Shown: positions 28,598-38,294, counted from the first letter of the stretch. The stretch: DNA of 64,000 nt from a virus (IMGVR_UViG_3300028591_000072:224001-288000), one strand, 5' to 3'. Notes: generated by a model not told the origin, from the sequence alone. Translations and numbers: made by a program.

Positions 28598-30901
28598 ATG
28601 GCTAATTTAACTCAAAAACTAAATTATCCAAAAGGCTATGTGGATGAGGTGATGTCCGTTGAGACATTCGCTGATTTGTTGAATGTACCAAACGGAAATA
28701 GATTCATTGGTCTTACTGTTACTGTTTTGAATTTATATAACGGATTTCCTGCTGATTTTTGGCTAGTTGGAGGAACTGCAAAGAAAAACTGGAAATTAAA
28801 GAATTTGCCACAAGTAGATTCAAAAAACGATTTGAATGAAATTAAGGAGTTGTGCGTTTTTTCTAATTCGCAAGGAACTTTTAATTTAATAGATAATGGT
28901 TTTATTGCATCAACAAAGGATGGGAAAAGTTATACGTTTAATGGTGATGCGGGTATTTCTGAGTGGAATGAATATTTTGGAGAAATGGGGCCACAAGGCT
29001 ATCAAGGACCACAGGGTGCCGATGGCGCTAATGGTGCTGACGGAGAGCAAGGCTATCAAGGACCACAAGGTGCTGATGGCATTGATGGTGCTGACGGAGC
29101 GCAAGGCTATCAAGGACCACAAGGTGCTGATGGCATTGATGGTGCTGACGGAGCGCAAGGCTACCAAGGACAACAAGGCGCTGATGGGGTAGATGGTGTT
29201 GACGGAGCGCAAGGCTACCAAGGTCCTCAGGGTTCCGATGGCGTTAATGGTATTGACGGAGCACAAGGTTATCAAGGACCTAAGGGTTCCGATGGCGTTA
29301 ATGGTATTGACGGAGCACAAGGCTACCAAGGTCCTCAGGGTTCCGATGGCGTTAATGGTATTGACGGAGCACAAGGTTATCAAGGACCTAAGGGTTCTGA
29401 TGGAACAAGCGTTACTATATTAGGAACACTTGGCGATGAATCAGAACTTTATGATATAGAAAATCCTTCAAATGGTGACGGATATATTATATACGGTGAT
29501 TTGTGGGTTTATAATGGAGGCGATTGGACAAATGTCGGACCAATTAAAGGACCACAAGGTCCTCAAGGCGCTGACGGTGCTGACGGAGCGCAAGGCTACC
29601 AAGGACCTCAAGGCGCTGATGGTGCTGACGGTGCTGACGGAGCACAAGGTTATCAAGGACCTCAGGGTGCTGATGGCGCTGATGGTGCTGACGGAGCACA
29701 AGGTTATCAAGGACCTCAAGGCGCTGATGGTGCTGACGGAGCACAAGGTTATCAAGGACCTCAAGGCGCTGATGGTGCAGGTATTACAACAAACGATATA
29801 ATAGTTGCCGGTGGTCCACTTTCAGATGATGTTCAAGATAATTGGCCATCTGAATGGACTGATTTGCAAGGAAATAAAATAATACCATCGGGTTCTACAC
29901 TTGATGAAATTTTATCAAAGTTGTTCAGTAAAGAAACATGGTACATGCCATCTATAACATATGGATGGAATAATACAATAACGAAAGCACCAACTGTAAA
30001 TATTTCAACAGCACAAACTGGGAACATTGGAAACGCAACGTTAGAGGTTGGTACTATAGTATATTTCAATGGAGCAACAGCAAATACATCAGATGTAACA
30101 TATAAAGTTGAATCGAGTGGATGTGATAATGGATATAAGAAATTTGAAAACGGCTCTCATATTGAAGGAAACTATTCAAAAACATATACTTGCGTAAAAA
30201 CAGGTGACTATAATTTAGAAGCATATGCAACTGGATTCAAATCTGATACTGGTGGTACAGCAACTGCATATATAACTACGCCTAATGCTAATTCCAACAT
30301 TCCTGCTGAAAATAGTCCAATGTATGTGAATGATGGCCAAAATTATGTAACTGCAAGCCAAACAGGAAGAACATATAATCCTGTTAGCAGTGCCGATTTT
30401 GAATCTTTTGTTTTGCTTGCTGCATCAAATATGAATAATTATTCTCAAGATTATTCTGCTGATGTTAACTATTTACAATATGAAGGACGTTCAGTAACAG
30501 CAAGCGGAACAAAGAAAAGTTCTACTATAACTGGATATCGTAAGTATTTCTATGGATTATTGGATAATGAAATTTCTGCAAATATGATTAATTCAAATAC
30601 GATTAGAAATTTGACAGGCTCAACGGCAGCAGCAAATGGAAACCAATGGACATTAGACATTGTTGCAGGAAAAGCACAAGTGATAATCGCAGTTCCAAAG
30701 TCTCAGTTTAATTCAATTGAAGTTTTCCAAGTATCAATTAATGATAATATACAAAATGTTGCAAGGGCAAATTGGAAAGAAGTTAATGTGGCGGGAGCAA
30801 ATGGATATAAGCCAATAACATATGTTGTTTGGAGTTATTCAACGGCATCTGGCTCGTTCCCTGCAAACGATACGTATAAAATAACATTTAAAAATGTATA
30901 A
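28598..30901 (+). CDS. Collagen-like tail fibre/decoration protein
   Basis: Two Gly-X-Y tracts (GYQGPQGADGADGAQ) flanking a GDxYII.GDLWVY..W.NVG.IKGP knot. Confidence 0.85.
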   Translation: MANLTQKLNYPKGYVDEVMSVETFADLLNVPNGNRFIGLTVTVLNLYNGFPADFWLVGGTAKKNWKLKNLPQVDSKNDLNEIKELCVFSNSQGTFNLIDNGFIASTKDGKSYTFNGDAGISEWNEYFGEMGPQGYQGPQGADGANGADGEQGYQGPQGADGIDGADGAQGYQGPQGADGIDGADGAQGYQGQQGADGVDGVDGAQGYQGPQGSDGVNGIDGAQGYQGPKGSDGVNGIDGAQGYQGPQGSDGVNGIDGAQGYQGPKGSDGTSVTILGTLGDESELYDIENPSNGDGYIIYGDLWVYNGGDWTNVGPIKGPQGPQGADGADGAQGYQGPQGADGADGADGAQGYQGPQGADGADGADGAQGYQGPQGADGADGAQGYQGPQGADGAGITTNDIIVAGGPLSDDVQDNWPSEWTDLQGNKIIPSGSTLDEILSKLFSKETWYMPSITYGWNNTITKAPTVNISTAQTGNIGNATLEVGTIVYFNGATANTSDVTYKVESSGCDNGYKKFENGSHIEGNYSKTYTCVKTGDYNLEAYATGFKSDTGGTATAYITTPNANSNIPAENSPMYVNDGQNYVTASQTGRTYNPVSSADFESFVLLAASNMNNYSQDYSADVNYLQYEGRSVTASGTKKSSTITGYRKYFYGLLDNEISANMINSNTIRNLTGSTAAANGNQWTLDIVAGKAQVIIAVPKSQFNSIEVFQVSINDNIQNVARANWKEVNVAGANGYKPITYVVWSYSTASGSFPANDTYKITFKNV
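28988..29780 (+). repeat. Coding tandem repeats (collagen triplets)
   Basis: ~45-nt units such as caaggctatcaaggaccacaaggtgctgatggc. Confidence 0.85.
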
Positions 30902-30915
30902 TGGAGGTATAATAG

Positions 30916-31479
30916 ATGAGTGCTAAAGTATTTACAAAAGAAGAATTATCAAATATTTCTGTTATAAGTTTACCAAAAGCGTATCAAAGGGCTGACCAAA
31001 TACCGCTTGACCCAAGTACGATATTTGCATCATATGCAGATGCCATTGAATATGCAAGTGGTGAAAGTACTTATGGGGATATTTCATATGCTGGACAAAT
31101 TTTATCAGTAATAAATCAATCTGAAAGTAGGGTTGATGTTTATAAAATAGATTATGACGGAAGCTTAGTAAAAATTGGAGAAGGAGAATCTAAAACTCTT
31201 TCTGCACAAACATATAGCAGTGCTCTTTTGTTGGCTGAATCTGATAATATAGGAAGTATAATAAATGTAACTAATTCTGAAACAATAAGTGGAGAAACAT
31301 ATTCTTCGGGCCTTTATATTGTTACTGGTCAAGGAACCGTTTCAAAATTGGGTGTTACATCAGCAACTGGTGATGTTGAGGGTGATGTAGAGGCGCTTAA
31401 AGGTCGGGTTAGTGTGTTAGAATTAACTGTTTCTGCAATTTCAGAATCTTGTTATTGGATTGAAGGTGATAATGAATAA
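30916..31479 (+). CDS. Virion-associated hypothetical protein
   Basis: PLD..F.SY.DA..YA..SYAGQILSV module typical of fibre accessory proteins. Confidence 0.55.
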   Translation: MSAKVFTKEELSNISVISLPKAYQRADQIPLDPSTIFASYADAIEYASGESTYGDISYAGQILSVINQSESRVDVYKIDYDGSLVKIGEGESKTLSAQTYSSALLLAESDNIGSIINVTNSETISGETYSSGLYIVTGQGTVSKLGVTSATGDVEGDVEALKGRVSVLELTVSAISESCYWIEGDNE

Positions 31480-31505
31480 ATTTTAAAACAGTTTAATGAA
31501 TAGAT

Positions 31506-31937
31506 ATGGCAAAACACTTAGTTAGAAATTGGAAAGGGTCAAGGGGCTCATATAATTTGTTAAAGGCCAATAATATGATTGACCCATGGACAAAGTATTA
31601 TGTTGTTGACAATGATGGATTTAGTCAATCCATTACTGAATATTTTGGCCTAAACCCAATCAATACAAATAATGGGGATTTTGTTGCTGTTAATGATATT
31701 CTTGACGAAGCGCCATTAGAACCAAATCCATATGACAGATTTTTGATAGGTGATGATGAAAATGGCTATCATATATATGAATATACCCCAATTAAAAATA
31801 GCGATGTCCTTGATTGCTCAATAACAGATTTTGATTGGAAACGTGGAGTTAGAGTTCGTTCAATGGGCCTAAAATGTTATGTTTATTTTAATGGCAAACT
31901 AATCACATATGATGATGTTGATTGTGGAGAATTTTAA
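31506..31937 (+). CDS. Virion-associated hypothetical protein
   Basis: Ends VDCGEF like the two fibre paralogues. Confidence 0.55.
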   Translation: MAKHLVRNWKGSRGSYNLLKANNMIDPWTKYYVVDNDGFSQSITEYFGLNPINTNNGDFVAVNDILDEAPLEPNPYDRFLIGDDENGYHIYEYTPIKNSDVLDCSITDFDWKRGVRVRSMGLKCYVYFNGKLITYDDVDCGEF

Positions 31938-32042
31938 TATTCGATTTTTTTAATGTATTTATAGAATCCCATAACATTTTTGTTGTGGGATTTTTTGTTT
32001 TTTACAATTAATGTTTGTATCTTAGTATAAAATATTTGTTGA

Positions 32043-33092
32043 ATGCAGAGAATTTATAAAATGATTTCAAATTTGCTTGGAGAAAGCAAACAGGGGTCAT
32101 ATGATAATGGTATAACTCAATATCAGTTCAATTGTCCTAATTGTGCTGAGGAAAAGGGCTATGTGGACAACAAATATAATTTGGAAATATCATTTTCTAT
32201 CGGAAAATATCATTGTTGGTCTTGTGGCGTTTCAGGAAATATATCTTCGTTGATAAAAAATCTTGGAGGAAAAGAACTATATAATGAATATTTTAGAATT
32301 ATTTCAGACATTAAAGAGAGTAAATATTATAATCTTGATTTGTTTAAAGATAATGGTGATATTTTTTCTGAAAAATACATAAAATTACCATCAACATTTA
32401 CTAAAATAGATTTATCAACGTGTAAAAACACGAAGTTAGTTTCTTATCTTGAAAAAAGAAAAATAACACAAGATTTGATAGATTATTATAATATAGGTAT
32501 AACAAAGTGGGATGGGGAAGAATATGCTTGGAGAAACAGGATTATATTTCCATCATATAATTCTGCTGGTGATTTGAATTATTTTGTTGGAAGAACATAT
32601 TGCGACACGGACAAGAGGGTGAAATATAGGAATTGTGACGTTGACAAAACACAAATAATTTTGCATGAAGATAAGATTCAATGGGACTGTGACATTTATC
32701 TTGTTGAGGGTGCAATAGATTGTATATATTTTCCTAACACGATTTCAATGATGGGTAAATTTTTAAAAGAGGATACTGAATTATATAAAAAGTTGGTCCA
32801 AAAAGCAAATGCAAACATTATAATATGTCTTGATGGTGACACTGAAATAAATGAGACGAAAAGGATATATTGTACACTCAACAAGGGTAGATTAAGCGGT
32901 AAAATAAAATACATTAGGCTTGGAAGCGATGAACTTCCATGGAAAGATTTCGGTGAAATCTATGAGGATAAAGGAAAAGAAGGAATAATAATGGCCATGA
33001 AATCGGCAAAACAATTTACAACAATAGAAATAACAGGAATATATGGTAACAAAGATAATCGCATGCGCAGATATTCACATTCCGGCAGTTAA
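32043..33092 (+). CDS. DNA primase (DnaG-type)
   Basis: CPNC..HCWSC zinc finger, RIIFP, TOPRIM VEGAID and LDGD. Confidence 0.9.
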   Translation: MQRIYKMISNLLGESKQGSYDNGITQYQFNCPNCAEEKGYVDNKYNLEISFSIGKYHCWSCGVSGNISSLIKNLGGKELYNEYFRIISDIKESKYYNLDLFKDNGDIFSEKYIKLPSTFTKIDLSTCKNTKLVSYLEKRKITQDLIDYYNIGITKWDGEEYAWRNRIIFPSYNSAGDLNYFVGRTYCDTDKRVKYRNCDVDKTQIILHEDKIQWDCDIYLVEGAIDCIYFPNTISMMGKFLKEDTELYKKLVQKANANIIICLDGDTEINETKRIYCTLNKGRLSGKIKYIRLGSDELPWKDFGEIYEDKGKEGIIMAMKSAKQFTTIEITGIYGNKDNRMRRYSHSGS

Positions 33093-33900
33093 AGGAATTG
33101 ATGAATTAAAAGAAATTTTATCAAAATTTATTGACCAATGCAAAAATATTATTAATGAAGAAGGAAGCGATTCTGTTAGAATTGTTATAGCCGGCGATGT
33201 ACTTCATAATAAAATTTCAATTACAAACGAATCAATTCTTGCCGCACATTGGTTTTTTTCTGAATTGGATAAATTATGTAAGACAATTGTTATAATTGGA
33301 AACCATGATTTTCTTATGAATAATATGGACAGGGTTGATTCATTAAGTCCTTTGTTTGATATTGGTGGATATAAGCAAGTTATTTTCTTGGACAAAGAAC
33401 TTGGTTGCCAATCTGGGATATATGACGATGATAATGTATCGTGGTGTTTGTATTCTTCGTTTAGTGGCTTTAATAAGCCCGATATAGATGCACACAAGGC
33501 ACTTAATGCAGAAAACGATAAAAAGGATAACTTTTACGTTGGATTAATTCACGGAGAAGTAAACGGCGCAATAACAGTAACAAATTACGTTTCTGAAACA
33601 GGAGTTTCACAAGATATGTTCGATGGGTGTGATTTTGTCATAGCTGGGCATATACATAAAAGGCAGGAACTTAAAAAGAACGATGTAAAGATTGTATATT
33701 GCTCAAGCATAAATCAAAAAGATTTTGGAGAATCAATTACAGGTCATGGATTTGTTCTTTGGGATATTGACGTTGATGATAAATCAGACATATCATACAA
33801 ATATGTTGATGTACCAAATAAAGACTATGGATTTTATAAATTTGAAATAAACGATATTTCCGATTTGGAAAAAGATGAAGAAGAATTAATAAATTATTAA
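33043..33900 (+). CDS. Mre11/SbcD-like (T4 gp47-like) nuclease
   Basis: ADIH, AGDVLH, GNHD, GHIH motifs. Confidence 0.9.
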   Translation: MVTKIIACADIHIPAVKGIDELKEILSKFIDQCKNIINEEGSDSVRIVIAGDVLHNKISITNESILAAHWFFSELDKLCKTIVIIGNHDFLMNNMDRVDSLSPLFDIGGYKQVIFLDKELGCQSGIYDDDNVSWCLYSSFSGFNKPDIDAHKALNAENDKKDNFYVGLIHGEVNGAITVTNYVSETGVSQDMFDGCDFVIAGHIHKRQELKKNDVKIVYCSSINQKDFGESITGHGFVLWDIDVDDKSDISYKYVDVPNKDYGFYKFEINDISDLEKDEEELINY

Positions 33901-33911
33901 AAATTTGAAAT

Positions 33912-34580
33912 ATGCACGAAGATTTTAGAAAATTTGCAGTTAGCAATGGAGTAAATGGACTTGTTTTTGATGATTATGCAAAAAAAACAAACACTATTAT
34001 AAGTCCTACAATTGTTGAGGAACGTTCCCTTAATGCAGTTACTATTGATATTTTTTCAGCATTGATTAGGGAAAGAATTATATTCCTTGGAACTGAAATT
34101 AATAGCGATGTGTCAAATATCATTACATCACAGTTAATGTATTTGAATTCAATTGATTCTGATTCCGATATTAAATTGTTCATTAATAGCCCTGGCGGTG
34201 ACGTAATATCTGGCTTGGCTATTAGAGATATTATGGATTGGGTTGAACCAGACGTTTCAACATATGCAATTGGTATGGCCGCTTCCATGGGCTCTATTTT
34301 ACTTTCATCAGGGGCAAAAGGCAAAAGATTTGCATTACCAAACAGTAGGGTTATGATTCATCAAGTATCATCCTATACTGGATGGGCACAGACCTCAGAT
34401 GTAAAAATCCATTACGAGGAAACAAAATCATTACAAGATACATTGTATAAAATTCTTTCTGAAAACACTGGCAAAAGTTTTGAACAAATTGAAATTGATG
34501 CCGATAGGGACCATTGGTTTTCAGCTGAAGATGCTCTTAATTATGGCCTTATTGATGAAATAATCACAAAAAAGAAATAA
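33912..34580 (+). CDS. clpP: ATP-dependent Clp protease proteolytic subunit
   Basis: INSPGG, GMAASMGS, MIHQ, DRDHWFSAEDALNYGLID. Confidence 0.95.
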   Translation: MHEDFRKFAVSNGVNGLVFDDYAKKTNTIISPTIVEERSLNAVTIDIFSALIRERIIFLGTEINSDVSNIITSQLMYLNSIDSDSDIKLFINSPGGDVISGLAIRDIMDWVEPDVSTYAIGMAASMGSILLSSGAKGKRFALPNSRVMIHQVSSYTGWAQTSDVKIHYEETKSLQDTLYKILSENTGKSFEQIEIDADRDHWFSAEDALNYGLIDEIITKKK

Positions 34581-34586
34581 AAATAT

Positions 34587-34913
34587 ATGAAGAAATTTGC
34601 AACAAACTTAATAGAAGAAACTAAAAGAAACATTTGTTCTCATATCATGGAAATGCTTTGTAAATTAAAAGAATTTAAACCAATAACAACATTTGTTTCA
34701 AATGAGTGTAATATAGAATTACCTTCTAAATATATTATTGATAACATTAAAAAAATTATAATTGAAAATGATAACATATTATATTTTGTAAAAAATAATG
34801 GTGACCTAGTAAAATTAGAAGAACTTAATTTGTATAATTTTAAAAATTTATCTGATAATCTTGATTGCTTGTATGAGGATATTGTTTATAGTGCTGATAA
34901 ATTTGTGCTGTAA
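34587..34913 (+). CDS. Hypothetical protein
   Basis: 108-aa ORF in operon. Confidence 0.5.
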   Translation: MKKFATNLIEETKRNICSHIMEMLCKLKEFKPITTFVSNECNIELPSKYIIDNIKKIIIENDNILYFVKNNGDLVKLEELNLYNFKNLSDNLDCLYEDIVYSADKFVL

Positions 34914-34950
34914 TTTATATTCTTGAATAATTTAAATAAATTTAAAAACT

Positions 34951-36048
34951 GTGTCAAAAATATCTTACTTTAATCAAGTAACTCCTTGGAAAAGAGTGCT
35001 TAATGCGGCAAGAAGAACAATAGGGAAGGCTCCGTTAGATAAGGAGCCTTCAGATTCTTGGAAAGCAAAAATGCTTCTTGCTGAACATAGCCCAATTAGA
35101 CTTCTTGAATTTGATTGGGTTTGGGATGACATCCAGCAATGGATTACAACACACTTAGTAAGACACCATGAAGGATGCGAAAAGTTTGTTCATTCACAAA
35201 GACAAGACAGACGTGAACTTGGCTGCTCACGTGATGAATTGCCACAAGGTGCTTTAAATGATATGGGAATGTCTGCTAATGCGCAAGCATTGATTAATAT
35301 TTCAAGAAAAAGATTATGTTCTTGCGCATCAAAAGAAACTAGAGAGGCTTGGAAACAGGTTGTAGAAAAAATAAGAGAAATTGACCCTGTATTAGCAGAT
35401 AAGATGGTTTGTGAATGTTTGTACAGAAGTTTCTGCCCAGAATGGATGAATTCGTGTGGCTACGTAAATACCCCACAATATCAGCTTGCAAGAGTTAGAT
35501 ATTTAAGAACCGATTATAATGACCAATGGACTCCAATTAAAGGATATGAAGGCTTATACGAAATATCTAGATTTGGAATTGTAAGAAGTATAGAAAGAGT
35601 TGTTCCTGATGGCGAAAATCGTTCAAAAACAATTCACGGAAAAGAGATAGCAATCATTCCAAATAAAAACAGAAGAGGATATTGTTATGTTCATTTGTTT
35701 AAAGAAGGAAAAGAAAAGAGTTGTTTATTGCACAGACTTGTAGCTGAAACATTTATCCAAAATCCTGATAACAAACCAGAAGTAAACCATATAGACGGCA
35801 ATAAATATAATAACCAGGTATCAAATCTTGAATGGGTTACTTCGGAAGAGAATAAACAACATGCGTGGAAAAATAAACTTTGCAATGCAGAACATAGAAA
35901 AACTAAAATAAAATGTATTCAAAATGGAGTTGTTTATAATTCTGTAGTTGAATGCTCTAAATTGCTTAACGTTGACAGAAGAAGTATTTTTAGACAATTA
36001 AAAGGAGAAAAAGAGTATGTTAAAGGATATTCGTTTGAAAGAGTTTGA
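34951..36048 (+). CDS. thyX: ThyX-like flavin-dependent thymidylate synthase fused in frame to a NUMOD4-HNH homing endonuclease
   Basis: EHSP, HLVRH..HSQR, RLC..A..ETR; then WTPIKGYEGLYEISRFG (NUMOD4), HRLVAETFI..VNHIDGNKYNN..NLEW (HNH) and a NUMOD1-like tail. Confidence 0.8.
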   Translation: MSKISYFNQVTPWKRVLNAARRTIGKAPLDKEPSDSWKAKMLLAEHSPIRLLEFDWVWDDIQQWITTHLVRHHEGCEKFVHSQRQDRRELGCSRDELPQGALNDMGMSANAQALINISRKRLCSCASKETREAWKQVVEKIREIDPVLADKMVCECLYRSFCPEWMNSCGYVNTPQYQLARVRYLRTDYNDQWTPIKGYEGLYEISRFGIVRSIERVVPDGENRSKTIHGKEIAIIPNKNRRGYCYVHLFKEGKEKSCLLHRLVAETFIQNPDNKPEVNHIDGNKYNNQVSNLEWVTSEENKQHAWKNKLCNAEHRKTKIKCIQNGVVYNSVVECSKLLNVDRRSIFRQLKGEKEYVKGYSFERV

Positions 36049-36136
36049 ATTTATGCGTCTCTGTGGATATTCAAAGACAGAACAATTCCAAAAAGATTTG
36101 GAAAAATACAGGAGCACAAACTATGAAGACAAATGA
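36047..36136 (+). pseudogene. Displaced original thyX 3' end
   Basis: Reads EFMRLCGYSKTEQFQKDLEKYRSTNYEDK*, aligning with EWMNSCGYVNTPQYQLARVRYLRTDYND in the fusion. Confidence 0.75.
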
Positions 36137-36283
36137 TTACATGTGTCTTTTGAATATAACTTGCCTTCTTTGAACTTTTTTACTCGTGTTTTGGTTTGTT
36201 GAATGGACTTGTGGTTTTGTCTTTACAACTTGTTTCACTGCTGAAACTTGCCTTGATGAAGAATTTCCTTTACATGCGCACAT
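36137..36283 (-). CDS. Small basic protein (48 aa, MCACKGN...), not in the ORF track
   Basis: ATG at 36283, TAA at 36139-36137, ACTATTTAT motif upstream on the minus strand. Confidence 0.55.
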   Translation of the reverse strand: MCACKGNSSSRQVSAVKQVVKTKPQVHSTNQNTSKKVQRRQVIFKRHM

Positions 36284-36370
36284 AATATAATAGTTTTAAT
36301 ATAAATAGTTCATAAACAAAAAAAGTCAGCCGTTATATGGATGACTTTTTGCTATTTATTACATTTAATT

Positions 36371-36838
36371 CTACTTTTTAATTGGTTCTTCTTTTTTTTC
36401 TGCTTCTTTTTCGTCTTTAATCATACACAAAACAGAAAACATTCCATGACTTAGTTCTTTAACAATCTTTTCGGGCCTCAATATGAATGCATCGAAAATC
36501 TTGTTATCTACTATCTTAATGCTCAATATTATCAATTTGTAAGAATCAACAGAAAGCGCCGAATCATCGTTTGGGGTTTGTGACATGCTTAGTATCTGAT
36601 TTATGCTGTTAATATCACTCCTTGTTTTTGGCATTATTGCATAGCATTTATACCCCAATTTAGCGCATGGTATGAAATCTTCAAGTTTTGTTACTGATAA
36701 AATGTTGTTTTTCATACGTTCAAGTATTACACCGAATGAGCTGCATTCATACAGTCTGCATTGTTCTTCTTCATCAAACTCAGTTCCATCGAAAGCGATG
36801 TAAATGTTCTTCTTAATTTCAATTGTTGTTACTCTCAT
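36371..36838 (-). CDS. Hypothetical protein
   Basis: YIAFDGTEFDEEEQCRLYE N-terminal motif common in phage proteins. Confidence 0.6.
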   Translation of the reverse strand: MRVTTIEIKKNIYIAFDGTEFDEEEQCRLYECSSFGVILERMKNNILSVTKLEDFIPCAKLGYKCYAIMPKTRSDINSINQILSMSQTPNDDSALSVDSYKLIILSIKIVDNKIFDAFILRPEKIVKELSHGMFSVLCMIKDEKEAEKKEEPIKK

Positions 36839-37129
36839 AATACAGTCTTTTAAAATAAATATCTTTTATATTTGATTTTTAATTATTTTTTTTGTATAAT
36901 ATAATAAAATCATATCATTCCTTGCGTGATATTGATTTTAATAAACTGCAAGGTAATAATAATTTAATATTTTTTAAAGTTATGAAGTACTAGGTTTTAT
37001 GGCCCCATTAATCGTTAATTCTTATTATGTTGGGTTAAAAATATGTGAAAACAAAAAAATAATAATTACCTTGCGCTGCTGACAGTGCCATTGGATGTAT
37101 CTAATGTGGTTAATAAGTATAATTTATTA

Positions 37130-37249
37130 ACAAATACATGTTCTTAAAATTGGTTAAGAACCCCACGATTTCAATCGTGGGAGTATGTCAGGGAGTACAA
37201 CGTGCCGTGTGGAAGCGGATGTTTTCAGGTTCGAATCCTGATGTTTGCA
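37130..37249 (+). pseudogene. Interrupted/degenerate tRNA-His-like gene
   Basis: ACAAATA/TGTTTGC acceptor, GTTC..GAAC D-arm, GTGGA-AGCGG anticodon remnant, TCAGG-TTCGAAT-CCTGA T-arm; interrupted by an IS-end hairpin. Confidence 0.45.
37156..37190 (+). mobile_element. IS200/IS605-family right-end-like hairpin
   Basis: aagaac-cccacgatt-tc-aatcgtggg-agtatgtca. Confidence 0.6.
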
Positions 37250-37448
37250 CAATTTTTTAAAAAAAAATTATTGAAAATTGAACTTTTTGAAAAAAAAATT
37301 ATATTTATATAAGAAGTCTGCTACCTTATGTTCACAAAGGGATAAAGAACCTTTCTTGTTGGTTGGAATGGTATGGTAACTTTCGGATGCCCAAAATCAC
37401 CTCGGAAAAACAAGAAGGCAAGTCTGAAAACCAAGGGCTAAGCATATA

Positions 37449-37567
37449 TTTGGGACAGGGGAGGGCTACCTCTGTGTGGAGTTAAAGTAAGTCAATGGGC
37501 TATGCTTCCCAAAAGCACAATGTGCTTGCTCCCAAGAGCCCCACGGTTTTAACTGTGGGAGTAGTCA
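37449..37567 (+). mobile_element. IS605/TnpB right-end / omegaRNA-like remnant without ORF
   Basis: gggacaggggagggctacctctgtgtggag ... aagagccccacggttttaactgtgggagtagtca. Confidence 0.55.
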
Positions 37568-37865
37568 GAAGTGTAAAATATTGAAAAAATTAAAGGATTT
37601 ATGCAATTGATGAGTAATAATATGAGTTTGATTAAAAACACAGGCTGTAATCTCAAAGGCTACGGCAATGGCTCATCATATGCATGCTTACCAAGAAAAG
37701 ATTGGCACTTTAGGAGTAAAGGGAAACGAGCGATAGGAAGTTGAACATAAAAGCACATAGGTTTCTAACCACAACATATTCCCGACCTCTGAAAAGTTTC
37801 CCAATCGAAGAAAAAACTGAATCAGAGGTTTTTTTATTGCAAAAATTTGAAGAATAAAAAAACTT

Positions 37866-37882
37866 TGGCACGATATTTGATA
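37866..37882 (+). promoter_or_regulatory. Sigma54-type -24/-12 element TGGCACG-N4-TTGATA
   Basis: Further copies at 39377, 40887, 40993 and 52495. Confidence 0.6.
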
Positions 37883-37914
37883 GAAACTTATCTGATTCGA
37901 AATTCAACTTAAAC

Positions 37915-38166
37915 ATGGAGAAACGAAAATATAGGTCACACTATAAAATAGGTGTAAATGGAATTCTTGAGGAAAAGAAATCTTTTGAAACCGAAGGCGA
38001 GGCATTAAAAATGGCACAGTTTTTGAATACAAAAGAAAATATCATCCATAAAATGGTCGCCTATAAATGTGAAAAATGCGGCAAATGGCACGTTGGAAGC
38101 AACAACACCGTGCTAACTGATGAGGAAAGAAAAAAAATAAAAAAAAAGTTGCAGAAAAATTTGTGA
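37915..38166 (+). CDS. Small zinc-ribbon protein
   Basis: AYKCEKCGKWHVG. Confidence 0.65.
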   Translation: MEKRKYRSHYKIGVNGILEEKKSFETEGEALKMAQFLNTKENIIHKMVAYKCEKCGKWHVGSNNTVLTDEERKKIKKKLQKNL

Positions 38167-38191
38167 TATTCAAAAATAGTTTGTATATTTG
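38160..38191 (+). promoter_or_regulatory. Bacteroidota-type housekeeping promoter (TTTG ... TATATTTG)
   Basis: Matches the -33 TTTG / -7 TAnnTTTG consensus just upstream of the tRNA array; similar site near 52457-52486. Confidence 0.65.
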
Positions 38192-38202
38192 TTGTATCAA
38201 AA

Positions 38203-38213
38203 GTTCTTTGAAA
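38203..38213 (+). promoter_or_regulatory. boxA-like antitermination signal GTTCTTTGAAA
   Basis: Repeated at 38570, 39404, 40043, 41089 and 41221 (GTTCTTTGACATATTG). Confidence 0.6.
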
Positions 38214-38215
38214 AT

Positions 38216-38286
38216 AGGCGGTTGGTGTAATGGTAACATAGAGGTCTCCAAAACCTTTGTTGAGGGTTCGAATCCTTCACCGCCTG
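38216..38286 (+). tRNA. tRNA-Trp(CCA)
   Basis: Full cloverleaf; GAGGT-CTCCAAA-ACCTT. Confidence 0.92.
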
Positions 38287-38294
38287 CAAATAAC

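Noticed and set aside
28988-29780. Possible CRISPR array
   Set aside because: Repeats are in-frame collagen units with no unique spacers and no cas genes.
28896-29801. Alternative-frame and antisense ORFs over the collagen repeats (also 62392-63911)
   Set aside because: Shadows of Gly-X-Y codon periodicity.
30495-30506. ACAGCAA occurrences inside CDSs (also near 542, 30076, 48908, 61986)
   Set aside because: They are coding sequence with no adjacent closing stem or tRNA part that I could see.
35430-36050. Group I intron or intein within thyX
   Set aside because: The insert is fully coding with no room for a ribozyme core, has no intein terminal motifs, and ends in a stop codon.
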